From Guillardia theta CCMP2712 (Eukaryota > Protista > Cryptophyta): 64,000 nucleotides of DNA. Made by a program: the position numbers and the translations under genes. The stretch is taken from positions 1-64,000 of the forward strand of contig NW_005434633.1 of assembly GCF_000315625.1 (NCBI RefSeq), in the 5' to 3' direction. Each line of letters opens with the position of its first letter. Position 1 is the first letter of the stretch. Below are positions 48,400 to 60,797 of this stretch, piece after piece. Below the pieces are notes generated by a model that was not told the origin of the DNA, did no database searches, and saw only the letters and a program-made list of their open reading frames with translations.

Positions 48400-49930
48400 G
48401 CGCACCGTCCACCCCCACCCGTTCGTTTTAGTACCCCACCCGTATATTTCACCTCTAAATCACCCACCATTACACTCCTTGTTGACCCACCCATCTGTAC
48501 CTCAGGACTTTCCGTCATCGATCCCCGGGGACCACCCCACCCCCTATTGTACTGAGACTCCGGACTTCGGACAGTCACTTCTACCCCGATATCTTTCTTG
48601 TTTGAAGGGGGGTGGGTGGGTGTTCCGTGAAGAGGTAGAACAGGTGAGGCGCCTTTGACGGTGGGTAGGGGTACATCGATGGTAGGGTGGTCGTGACATA
48701 ACATCTATAAATACGGGTAGTTTTAATATCAATTGGTGGGGTGATAATGAAACAGCGAGGGTCACAAAAGATGAGGGGGGGTGTCGGAATTCGGAAAAGC
48801 CTTGAGCTAAAAAGCAATTGTTGACCACCCCACGGTGGAGCGCTGCCAACATTGGTACCACCACTACCACCATGAATCACAGTGTTTGACACCGGTCAGA
48901 GGCCACCGGGGTAATTATTGGGGTAGTCCTACGTACCCCTACCATCACTGTCTCATGTACTACCCTACCCGATTGCATCAGGTGTATAATGAACGAGGGT
49001 CTTCTTAGAGGACCCCGGATGCAGACCTTCCCCTGTCTTCCTAGTTCCAATGACCCCTACCCCTATCAATTATGACCCCTATGTTGACAAGAACTGGTCT
49101 TTGACTGCCACCAGTCCGAATTCCTTTACTCCAGTTGCACACCTCCACCCCCTGGACCATGTACCCCCTGTGTATTCAATCACTGCCCACCTATTCCGTT
49201 TCATTGTGAGACTACGTTTGTAGTACCCCTCCTTAATGATACGTTTAACCCCTATCTAGAGGAGCTCACAGTCACGACTTCTTTCTGTACCCCACCTAAA
49301 CATGACAACCCCTACCCCAGTAACAAATGGGCCTTCTCTCTCAGATACGTCCATACCCCCACCCCGACTGTGCAAGGACCCTTCAAACTATACCCTTCCA
49401 AGAAAACCCCACCCTCTTCAACCATTCCACCCCTACCCCCTAGTAAAGAAGTACCATCCGGGAGGTTGCAGGTGACGGCAAAGTGCTCTGCAGTCGAAGG
49501 GGTGGATCATTTCGGCAGGGGTGGGAGGGACTTGGCAAACAATATCAGCAGGGATCTAGGACGGGTACATTCTCCTGACATGGGTGGGTGGGGTAGTATC
49601 TTTTAGTCCGACATCAGCCCCAACGGACTTGTTTGTTCCAGCCACCCCTCGACAAGTGAAATATCCAATACCCCCACCCTCCAATACATCAAGATACCCC
49701 CTCTTACAAAGTGAAAATAATGTATATAAATACCCGTACTCTCGGGAAAATATTGCCATGGACCCCATATTTTTCATTGGTACCCCCACTTGGGGTAGGC
49801 ATGAACGAGTTCCAAAAAAAACCCCGTAAAATCTAGAAAGAAAGTAAAAAAAAAGTATCAAATAATGATTTTAAGATTCCTAGACTACTACTCTATTGTC
49901 CCGGTACTGATTTTTAATTTAAACTTTGAG
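48400..49930. other. About 1.5 kb non-coding tract saturated with GTACCC/ACCCCTACCC motifs on both strands, ending in an AT-rich block
   Basis: Direct reading; no credible ORF or intron pattern. Confidence 0.6.
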
Positions 49931-51257
49931 TCAACCAACTACCATTGGTCGGTTTGCCTTTCTTTTTCAGCCAATAACAAAAACTCCGATTCTCGTTTGC
50001 TATGCCGCACAGGAGTCAACGCTAGCGCTCGACGTGATGATGGAGACGTGGATCTTCAACTTCTTGGTTGTGATCCGAGGCATGAATTCTTGTTTGAACC
50101 TGGAGCTATGTCGACTGCAAGGGATACTTTGGTGAATTGGCTGGATCATTTGCAATTTACCATGTTCGGTCGTTGTAATCGACAGCATCGCATTGGTCAA
50201 GTAGTCAGACTATGATCCACCATTGCTTTCGCTTCACATTTGCTCAAACTATCTCGACAGTAAGATTAAGAATGACTGCACAGCCAGCCTGTGCCCGGAC
50301 ATTGTGACATCCAAGCTGAAGTCTAGATTTACGCTCGTGATACCGGGAGGCTAACGACAACTGTTTGTGCGAGTCGTGCGTGCCTTATTCAAGAGTCCAA
50401 CCTAAGATGTTTATACAATCCCAATCTTTCTTACCCATTGATAAACAGATTTCCTTCTTCACGTCGCAGCATTAAAAGCAATTTTCTTCAATGGGTAGTT
50501 TTCTCCTGTTATAGCGATGGGTTTCTTGCTTGTCAAGCAAGAAAATTTAAGTCAGAACAGCAAGGAGCATATCGAAAATGAAGGGAGGGAGGAAGTGAGA
50601 TCAGGGAGGAGAAAGCGAGCGAGCGAGCGAGCGAGCGAGTAGTAGGATGCGGTGCAATCAAAAAAAAGAGACTGAAGGGCCTACGGTTTTCTCCCACCGA
50701 AAGCAAAGTTACCGTCAGCGACGATGGTGAGGAGTGTGTCTCAAGCGCGGTTGTTGCGTGCCTCTTGTCTTTTGTAATGAGATGAAGGATGAAAACATGA
50801 AAGGGACGATAAGTTGGGGCAGCAGGGCCCGGATAGGAAGAGGAGACAGGAGCAAGAGGACGAGGTTGGAGCAAGAAGAGCACGTGGCAGGGGAACGGAC
50901 AGGGTCAGATAATAAGAGATTCAAGAGAAGAATGCTAGAGTTGCTAAGAATTTCAAGGAATATTGAGATGAGGAGGTTGGATCACGAGATTAGTGAGGAT
51001 GAAAGAAAGGCGGTAGGAAGAGGAGGGAGGTATCAGAGCTTTGCAGGGTGTGAGAGCGCAAGTGAAAGGGGAGCAGCCAGATTGAGTCTGCAGGATCAAC
51101 AAGAAACGCAAGAGGAGGTGCTACTGTTCGAACGTGGTTCGGAAAGAGCAGGACATGCAACCTGATGCAGAAACGTTGCGACCTTGAATGATTTTGCTGA
51201 CGAAACTGTGACAACTCTGTCTTCCGCGATGATTTACTTTCTGCACGCTGCTATGCC

Positions 51258-51983
51258 GTGACGGCTGACTTTTCGTTCCTCGAGGACAATGAGAGCGAGT
51301 TGTATGAAGATGTCCTGAAAGCAGAGAATATGCAATGTGAGCATGAAGAGACTTCAGTGCCACTCGAGCAAAGAAGAACGCAAGAAGTAGAATCAGGATC
51401 AGCGGCTGGATCGATACAACCGAGCCACAACTTCGTTTACCACGAGTCATTTCCTCGTGGCCGGGTGACTCAATCCCAAGTCCTTCCTTGGGAGAAGTGC
51501 ATAACGCTTCTGAATCATGATACGAAGGATAAGAAGATACAAGTCAGTTCGAGCATGGCTGACTCGAGAGTTCACATCATTTCTTCCTACGATGTAGATC
51601 TGAATGACCTGATGAAGAACCTATGGCTGTGGGAGGTGAAATTCGAGATTTTCTTTGTTGAGGAGGAAGCGGAGTGGTTGGATGTCTTCTCATGGAAGAA
51701 GGACCAGAGCTTATTCCACCTCCTTCCCCTCATCTTCCAAGCAGATTTTGTCTGGTGGAAAGTGAAGAACTACAACATGCTTGCGCACAGCTTTCACTTG
51801 AATCAGGAGCGCGTGAGAGTTGGAATGAAAGATTGCATGTCGGAGAAAGTCAACGTTGGACGTGATAGTGGGGCGGAGGACCCAGGAGTGAATCTTGAAA
51901 ATGTACTCGACGACGTTTTGAATCCTTTTCGGCGGCTAAAAGTTGGGTATTCAATGCTCAGCTCCGAGAAGGTCTCGAACTGA
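51258..51983 (+). CDS. Hypothetical protein (probably the last exon or a remnant of a gene starting near 50580-50780)
   Basis: 241-aa open frame with protein-like composition. No recognised motif. Confidence 0.4.
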   Translation: MTADFSFLEDNESELYEDVLKAENMQCEHEETSVPLEQRRTQEVESGSAAGSIQPSHNFVYHESFPRGRVTQSQVLPWEKCITLLNHDTKDKKIQVSSSMADSRVHIISSYDVDLNDLMKNLWLWEVKFEIFFVEEEAEWLDVFSWKKDQSLFHLLPLIFQADFVWWKVKNYNMLAHSFHLNQERVRVGMKDCMSEKVNVGRDSGAEDPGVNLENVLDDVLNPFRRLKVGYSMLSSEKVSN

Positions 51984-52379
51984 TTTCATTACCGTTCGGT
52001 GACTCGTTAGTTCTTCCGAAAACTCGTCGGATGTGAGGGACTTGATGGCAGCCTGTGAGTGGCCGCTGGGACCGTCAGCAGGAGGCCGGGCTGGCACCTC
52101 CGACGACTCAATGGCGCGGTGCTGCGCACAGGCTGGCGGCGGCGCGTCAAATGAGTCAACTTTCGGCCAGGCTGGCAGTGCCAGGGCATTCTAGCTGAAC
52201 TTTGATTTGTATGATCGTTAGCTACTTAACGACCAATTGCGGCAAGCGAGGACCATCCGTTTTTTAACATTGGTTCTGTCACTTGCACGGTGATCCAATA
52301 AACAAAGCACACGCTGCGAGTAAGAGACCCATCAAGCCTCGTTCTATCTGCTTACCCTGCATCCTGCATCGATTTCAAC

Positions 52380-52800
52380 ATGGTTTTGCAAGCTTCTTCT
52401 TGCTCCCCTTCATCATGGTGGGGCTGTGGCTGGTCATGTTCACGCTCTCCAGGATCCCGATATTCTACAGTGAGTACCAGTCGGAGGTGGCCAGGATGTC
52501 CGACGACGAGTGGCTAAGGGACCTCTGCGGCTACAAGAGCTGCGTGGAGTACATCAACGAGGCCGTGCAGTGGGTGCTGGGCTGGGCACCCGCTTCCTCA
52601 TCGCCATCCTCGCGGTCGTGCTGCTCTTCCCGACGCTCCTCTACCCGATCTACAGCGCCCAGCTCAACCGCATGGCGGACCGGCGCGTCATGTCGTTCTA
52701 CCACACCCCCTACGGGATGGACTACCACATGCAGTCGCACCGGTACCCGCTCATCACGGAGGTGCAGGACCCGCACGAGGACATCAAGAAGCTGGTCTGA
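52380..52800 (+). pseudogene. Frameshifted intronless small two-TM protein gene, possibly of viral origin
   Basis: TM FFLLPFIMVGLWLVMF, then EYQSEVARMSDDEWLRDLCGYKSCVEY, a frameshift near 52580, then TM FLIAILAVVLLFPTLLY. Very high C/G at third codon positions. Confidence 0.5.
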
Positions 52801-52819
52801 CCTTCTATTAGACGCCGGC

Positions 52820-53617
52820 TCACATCAGCACCCCCTCCGCCACGCCCAGGCAGCCCAGAGTGGTGACGACGGCGAAGTCCCTCCTCTTGGTGGAGATGGT
52901 CCTCACCTTGAGCAGGGGGCGGTCCTCAAGGGTGAAGCCGTGATCCTCTCCATCTCCCTCTGCATCAGCTCCAGCGCCTCGTCCTTGAACGGCATGCTGT
53001 GCACCTTGCAGTTGCTCCTGAACTCGGCGAGGGAGTGGGTCGCGATGTCCATGGCCGGGACGCTTCGCAGGTCCCCCCTGGCGGTGATGCTGTTGTAGGT
53101 CATGATGGGCTTGTCGAAGCCGAGGATGCGCGAGACGTAGTCGGGCGAGCCGACCGCCACGTGCCGCTGCAGCTGCTGGTTGATGTGGTGGTGCTGGAGG
53201 ATGTGCTCGTTGTCGTCCCCGATGGCGGTGACGACGGAGGTCAGGACGCGGAGGGGTGCGTCCTCCTTCTGCTTCATCGTCACCGTCACCTCCTCCGTCA
53301 TCACGGAGCCGTTGAAGCAGACTGAGGTGCGGCTCAGGCGGAGGCTGCCCAGCTCGGACTGCTCGATGCTCCAGTCCCCGCTGTAGAGCTGGATGTTGTG
53401 CAACGTGCTCGTCGATCCCACGGTGACGGTCTGCTTGAGCTGCATGGGGTTAATCACCTTCACCCCCGCCTCGTTGGCCTTGATGCTGCGGCAGGCGGCG
53501 CCCCAGGCCCGGCCGAGGTCGCCGAACTTCTGCAGCAGTCCCACCTCGTCCTTGTCCACCACGTGGCGACATGGGTTCCGTCCGGATGGTCAAGCCGAGC
53601 CCCTGCCTCATGATCAT
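52820..53617 (-). pseudogene. Frameshifted intronless hypothetical gene, possibly of viral origin
   Basis: 219-aa core ORF with strong codon bias, extendable at both ends by single frameshifts (MIMRQGLGLTIRTEPMS...; ...EDRPLLKVRTISTKRRDFAVVTTLGCLGVAEGVLM*). Confidence 0.5.
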
Positions 53618-54727
53618 CGAGTCCAGCTGCTTCTGCCTGCTGCAGCTCCTCGCAAGCTCGCTCCACTGCTGCGATTCACGGCGGTGGAGTCGTCAGTGGT
53701 CGATTCAGGATTTTATCCGATGATCACTGTCAAGCCGCAGTGAGTCGCCAAACTCGGAAGAACAACAAAGCTGAGTACGGAAGCTACTGTGACAGAGTCG
53801 GTCGGAGTCGCGGAACTCAGTTCAGCCTTGAAGGACTGACTCGGAGCAGTGTCGGACTAGTAACTTGAGAGATTAACATTTACACTTGCATCCTATTACA
53901 ATGTTTCTATGAGCAAAGATCTAGTATCTTAGACGAGAATATTATCAGTCTTTTAGCCTCGATGTTCATCATCATTACTAATCTACATCAAGGCAAGCAG
54001 ATCGACTGCCTACAAGCGCTACAAGCTCAGAACAACGTACACTAGATGTACATGAACCAACGCAATTTGCAGGAAATGTCGTACAAAAAAACGCTTCAAA
54101 CACAAAAATTCCACATAAAGACCATTGTACAGGTAAGAACTTTCTCCAAACGTGTGACAGAATGCCAACTTTAACCGTTTTCCTCTGCTTTGCACCGCTG
54201 GAGCAGCATGGCAATCGATTCGTAGGGGATCAACTAAAAGTTTCTCTTTACTCGAAGTAAAGTTTTAAAATTCATATCTAAATATCTAAAAAACAGACTT
54301 TTAAAAGGCCAAAAAAAACAAGTGGTCAATTGAACACCCCTACCCCCCACCCTGTGACCTTCTGCCATGGGCATGAGAGGGCTGGCTTGTTTACAATGCC
54401 GGAAGTTGGTGAGTAAGAGCGGTGAGAGAAGGGGAAAGGGAGGAAGGAGGTGAGGGAAGGAAGAAGACAAGAAGGTGAGCGAAGGAAGAAGAGGTTAACA
54501 CGATGTAGAAGAACAAAAAGTAGCAAAACAGAGCAAAACAGAGAAAACAGAAATGAGGAAGTCCAGTGAAGTAGGGAGGTCTGGAACAAAATGAGATCTG
54601 ATGCTCTAGACTACAAGACACAGACCAACGCATACCGCTATAAGATGAGGAGCGTTGTGAAAGAAGTCACACAGCACTTAGAGCAATGAAATAGCCTGCA
54701 AGACAGAGCAAGGTGGGAAGCAAAGGA

Positions 54728-57590
54728 ATGGGTTTGATGTGTGTGGCATCAACGAAGCTCAAAGAGGGGGCATCCAGTCCGCATGATGTGAAGTGGCCTT
54801 GTGAAACAGAAGAAAAAATGCGACGGAGAGATCCCCTGCCTCAACTGTACGAGCAGAGGTCTGTTGCTCGCACTGAATAGTTTGCAACCTAACCTTCATA
54901 TCTGTGCAGGACAAGCGCACGTATGCTCCCGGGCAGAGCTGAAAGTGCGGTGTTGATGTGCACCTCGAGGAGGCTGACAGTAGCTGATAGGAGGCGTGTG
55001 CATTTTGCAAGAAGAGGAAGATCAGATGCGACAAGATGCGGCCATGTCCGAGCAGAGGCACTCTTGTACGTACACTCACTTGTGTGCAGGCTCGCGGTGT
55101 GTATCGAGCGGACGGCAGACTGAATGCATGGGATCAGATGAGATAGAGATAGAGCGTGGTTGATGTATGAGCTGGTTGATGTATGAGCTGATACCCAACA
55201 TCAGGACACACTCTGGATCTCTCCGACGACCAAGATGTGAATCTCGGAGGCTGCAAGTGTCTTTGCATGTTGACATGAGCTTGATTGTGCAGCTCGCGGA
55301 TCCTCCTACAAGTGATTTCGTCGAAAGCTCGATTGCAGACGAGTACTCCCCGTAACGAGCGTCGACGGGTGTTGCACGGGGGATCTGATCTGCATGTACA
55401 GAATGGACGAAAGCCTGCAAAGCTCGTCGACGGACAGCACACTTCAGGTCAATGTGATCAGGCCTCTGCAGACTGCCATGCACTTGTACCTTCGGGATCC
55501 TGTTTCTGGGGAGGTGAGGCAATCAGAGGAAGACGTGCAGATTCTCTGATAGCGTGATGCGCACGTAACGTCTCTGCAGGTACGGGATGCTCACCTTGAA
55601 AGGTTGAGAATCCCGAGGCTGTTGATCAAGGCCTTCTTGCAAGTAGGATACAACTCAACACTGTATCCCTTCATTTTGTGTCTCCTACCGATACATCTGA
55701 AACATTGACAGGATGGTAAAGATGTTTCATGATATGCCATCAAACGTGCGATCGGCTTTCTTTCATGGATCGAATGCAATTGAGCTGATCGCCACAAGGT
55801 TATTACATTTGTTCTTATGCGTCAAGGAACTTTGACATCGCATCTTCCAGCTCTTTCATGGGAGAGTTTGCTATCATGAGACATCAGCAACAGGCTTCAG
55901 ACAGTCAGCGATGATGGAAGGATTTTTTTATGCTGAATTTTGCACCTTCCAGGTAAACATTTGTTCAACATCGACAGCTTGAGAGATGCAGTATCGACAG
56001 AAGCAGGTTTGGGGTGAGTATCTCACAATGGGAGCGATGATGGATATGGTGAATGATGGCGATGGCGATGGCGATGGCGATGATGAATCGTGATGGTAGT
56101 GATAGTGCTGACGATAATGATGATGATTGTGATGACGAGGAGAGTTGAATGTTGAATGTAGTCAGATCATCTTCATCATATGATGATCATACTGAATCTT
56201 CGACTAGTTACTGGATCATGGAGATGGATCCAAACACGATGGTTCGAACAAAGGTCGAGGTAACTGATGTTGGTTCAACAACTGGCAAGTGTTTGTTCAT
56301 ACTTCTTTCTTCCGCGTCTTCTTCCTCTTCTCTTATCCTGTCCTCGCTCCCATGCTGCTTTGCTCTGCAGATAAGCTCGGGAATCGCCTTCTTCCTAAAC
56401 ATGCACCCGGAAGAAATGCTCGCACGCCTGGGAAACTGCGACAACGCCCTTCCTAACTCGGAGCTCGAGTTCTTCGGCAACATGACATGTCGCCTTTCTC
56501 CTCTTATGCATTGTTTTTCCTCCTTGTACAGCCTGACCTTTTCTCTCCGTGTTTTTTCTTCCGCAGTTCCATTTTTATTCTCCATGTTTTCCCACTCCTC
56601 TCTCCGACGTGACGATGACGTCATCAGATGAGATTGCCAAGGTCCTAGACTCAAGAATAGTCCGCAACGTCCGCATGATCCGACGATGCCCACGGGTAAC
56701 GGGAGCGCGAAGGAGAAGCAGCATGACGTGGGATGGCAGAGCGGAAAACTCACAGATCCCTTGCTCGCCCGTCTGATCTCAATGAAGGAGCGAGATGCTC
56801 ACGGACGGTGAGACTTCACAGAGGGAGAGAAGAGGAGGAAAAGAAGAGCGAAGGGTAACATTATATCAGGGTAATCCGCGTCATGAACGTGCTGCAGCGT
56901 CTTAGCCCCGAGGAGTACGACTCAGCATGCAGGTCCTCGCTTTCCTCTGAAGAGCTCACATAGTGTGCTTGTCGCCTTTCCCCTTCCCATCTACTTGCTC
57001 CCAGTGCACATCTTGACCTATGTGCTTGTCCTCCTCGTCCTCTCCATCCGCATCTTCCTCCTGCCCGTCTAGACGTATCTCATGCTGTTGCCAGGAACGA
57101 GCCTGAGACTTGCCGCCCTCTCATGGATTGTCTCGGGGACGTGAGAGGGGGGGAAGAGCTGCTCGAGTCTGCGAACTACGACTCGCTCTTCACGCAGAGC
57201 TTCGCGTCTCTCAACGGGAGCGCGCAGGTGGGAAGAGGAGGGTGACGTGAAAGCCAAGTTGAGGGGGAAAGAATGCCGGGATGGGTTGGGGGGGAAGGAG
57301 GGAGGGGCGGGGAGGAGACTGAGAGGCTGACCGATGCTGGGGGTGCAGGGATTACAACAAGCGCAGAAGCTGACGGAGAAGGTGCAGCAGCTGTTTGCTC
57401 CGTTTGTCGAGTACGCGACTTCGAAGGGACTGTTAAGATAGAAGAGTATGAGAGTGTCAAGTGGGAGGAGGATCAGGGTTGTAAACAAGTGATAAGATGC
57501 GAGTGAGTCGCCTAGTTCGCTGGCTCAAAGCTTCTCCACCATCCATGCTCCTCACCTTGTCAGACTGCCAGCAACCTCCTCGTCCCGACC
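54728..57590 (+). CDS. Fungal-type Zn(II)2Cys6 binuclear cluster protein with two tandem clusters (putative transcription factor; may be partly decayed; 3' structure approximate)
   Basis: Spliced reading KKCDGEIPCLNCTSRGQAHVC-SRAELKE-ACAFCKKRKIRCDKMRPCSRCVSSGRQTEC. Intron 55046-55089 splits a Cys codon (T|GC). Downstream exons include MHPEEMLARLGNCDNALPNSELEFF. Confidence 0.7.
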
Positions 57591-57649
57591 AGTGACACAG
57601 CAAGGTTCAGGAGGAGATTACGGTACTAGCCTTTCAGATGTAGAGTGAG

Positions 57650-60230
57650 CTTCAGTTAGACGACTGTGATTTGCCTATAGACTCTGCAACAATCTCAACC
57701 CCCTTTACCATCTTACTGCTGCAATGATGCCGCTCGAAACCATGTAAAACATCCCAACCGCGTCGTGCTCGACAAGTGGAAAGAGACTTTGCGTTGCACC
57801 CATGTTGTTTTGCTCCCTGATAGTCGTTGCTGCTCCACCTGGAAGACCCGTAGGTTACCTTCGTGAAGCAAGCCCAGCAGAGACGGATCCAGCTCCAGCA
57901 CAAGTGGTTCCCTCACAGGTGGGGCTGTGGCCGGAGACTATATACAGCTGCTAGCTCACTTCAGGCGCGAAGGGGGAGTAGACAGCGATGGGCATAGCAA
58001 GGACTGCAGGACTGCTAGGAATACGTCTCAAACCGTCTACCGCTGATACTGCAATCACTGAGCAAATGTGGTAGAACACTACAACAATCGTGATCTGAAG
58101 GAAGCTCGACAACGTCTTGTTGGTAATGGTCACATGAAGGATTCCTTTGAGTCTATCCTTGTACAAACTCTTGACACGTTCCGAGGATGGAGGGGTGGAT
58201 GGAGAGATTCCCCGTTAGTTGTAGCCAGCGTCCGAGCGAGTCGAGGGATCCACAGCCTGTGACTTCACTGATCTGCTTAATGCGTTGGATTACGTAGTCT
58301 CGCTCCGCACTGTCCCCTGTCTCCATGAGGCTTGCGACGAAGTTCCATGCGTCTCGTCCGAGAATGACTTTAGGGTGTTCGAGCTGCATCCCCCCTGTGT
58401 ATTTGGGGGCCTGGAATATGATACTTGCCGTGGAGAGGGCCCGGGGCGCTTCCAAGCGGCTCGCATGGCTTGGGTTCACACGTTGTAAAGCTGGTCTAGT
58501 TCCTCGTCGTTCCTATGCATGATGGCGGCGGAGTACCGAAAGATCGTGACTATAGAGACAAGTCTGCCAGTGGGCGGAGCTGGAAATCAACGCAGGGAAA
58601 AGCGAAATATCGGGGTATGACTACCGCCTCCACTCGGAGATCCAGGAGGTGTGCACAGTTAAAATCAATCAAGTATCTGCCTGCCCATCAATCTTTCCGG
58701 TACCTTGGATTCCGGGTCGCGATTCACGCACAAACCTGCAGATATAAGAGGCATGCCGCTCTCTGATCTCCTGGGAGGACGTGCATACAACCTTCGAGAA
58801 GGAGTACATCCTCACAAAGACCAGAGAGCTTGGTAACAAACTTAAGGGCAAGCACTACCTACCAACACAGCTGCACTGGGTTGTAATTGTTCCACTAAGT
58901 CGATCGGTGAGCGCAGCTCTCGGACGCTGTCTGTCAAGAGCGCTACGTCGTCTGCGTACCAGCTCTGATGGTAGTCCTGCCCACCAAAGCTGACCGTCCC
59001 TGGGACCGTGTCCAGGAGTCTTGCCAGCGCCGATGTAATGCACAGAGCCAAGATAGGCGAGAGAGCGGAGCCTTGCAAGATTCCCTTGTGGAGCTGTATT
59101 TCTGCAAGTGGTCCCTGGTCATCTAGGATCCGAAAGGCCATCTCCTCCAGACATTTGCCTAGGATGATTGAGTCCTGATCTGAGAGCCCAAAGGTGCCCA
59201 GAAGATGCAGCACAACCTCGCGTCGTATGGTACCAAAGAAGTTGCTAAGATCGAGATACGCGACAATCAGACATTGTTTCCGGGCCCCGGATTGTCTGTA
59301 GCAGTTTCCACGCCTGTCTTTTGCAGCCTCTTCCTCCTCGGAAGCCCCGGGGTTGCGTCGGGTGGAGCACTTGGTGTTCCTCCAAGGCTGTCGTATGCAG
59401 GGCACCAAGAACTGGTTCGGCAGTTGTCTGCCCCTGATGAGATGTTCGAAAGGACAGGGCCGCAGTGGTCAATGTAGTCGCTGCCGTTTCCAGTGCTGAA
59501 GCTACTAACCGCGGGCATACCCCAGGCCTCCCTGTGCCACAACGCTGGCAGGGTCTCTGCTCTTCGGGGATAGCATTGATCGCATGAAAGAACTCCGTGT
59601 TGGCCTGCTTGTTCCTCTCTTGTGCTCGTTGGTGCGTTCAGTGCATCGCTGCAGGCCCTCCAGTTATGCGACGATAGCCCTCGTGAATCGAGAACAGCAG
59701 CCCGCTGTAGTATCGTGCGTATCCCACGAGGTGCAGGTTATTTCGACCTGCGCTGCGTCGTGTCGTCGCTGTATCCGAACCTGTATTACGTCTTGAGCCG
59801 CCCTCGCGTAAACAAAAATAAAAATAGCATTCATCATGGAGGACTGCAGTGCCACGTTTAGCGTCGTGCTGGTTCGCACTAGGGCCACTGATTCGCTACT
59901 ACACCATCCTGGTCCTCCATGACGGTCAGAAGGAGTGTCGCTATATCCTGCTCCGCTCCAGTGACTACAATCTGGTTAGGATGCTGTTGTCTTGGTGATC
60001 CCGTGGTTCGGATCTTAGCTGCGGCGAAGTTCCTCCATTTCCCCATGATTTGGTGAGTCTCCTCCGCTTGCATCCTCACCTGCTCTTGCTGCCCCTGTGC
60101 TTCCTCATCGGTCTGACCTTCAGGGTCTCCCTCTACACGCCCGACCGAGCAGACGCGCTGGAGGCAGACGGCGACCAGACGGCGAGCCGTGGACATGGCT
60201 GTTTGTATCGAGTCGGAGTAACGCACGGCA
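57650..60230 (-). mobile_element. Decayed non-LTR (LINE-type) retrotransposon, reverse transcriptase region, with internal inversion
   Basis: GFRGGRGC, YLDLSNFF, GILQGSALSP and YADD on the minus strand. WAELEINAGKS and FRYLG on the plus strand (58564-58884). APKYTGGM downstream. Stops and frameshifts present. Confidence 0.9.
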
Positions 60231-60797
60231 TGACGATCTGCTACATGCTTCCTCGAAGCGAAAGAAGCACTCAGCGCTCATCGCCCACGCGAGGAAGCAG
60301 CCCCCCTCTTCGGATTAGCCCAGTTGCCACTTAAATCGAATTGACCAGATAAGCCGAGCCACTTGCTTTAGGTAACTTCTTGACTAAATATCAGTCATCT
60401 TGATTGATTTAAAGACATTCTAGCTGTCTTCCAATCTGATTTAACTACTTTTCACTTAATTTGTTTCTTTGTTAAGTAAAATTTAAATGGAAAAAAATCT
60501 CCTTGCTGATGTGTCCAGTACCACCCCCAGAGAGCCTATACCCTAGTTCCTCCATTCAGTACCCCTACTTTTTCCTCTTAGTACCCCCTGTTTTGGCACT
60601 GCCATTCCAAGTTTTCACATGCCTACCGAACCTCGTGGTTCCACTCTCCCATCCAATTACCACCCCTTCAAAGAATGACCCTACCTATCAATTTAGAGCA
60701 AAAATGTTATGATATAACCCGTGCTTCCATCACCCCACCCCAGATCATCCACAAATTTGCTAAGGGGTTCCACCACTCCTTCCCCTCCTTTCACACC

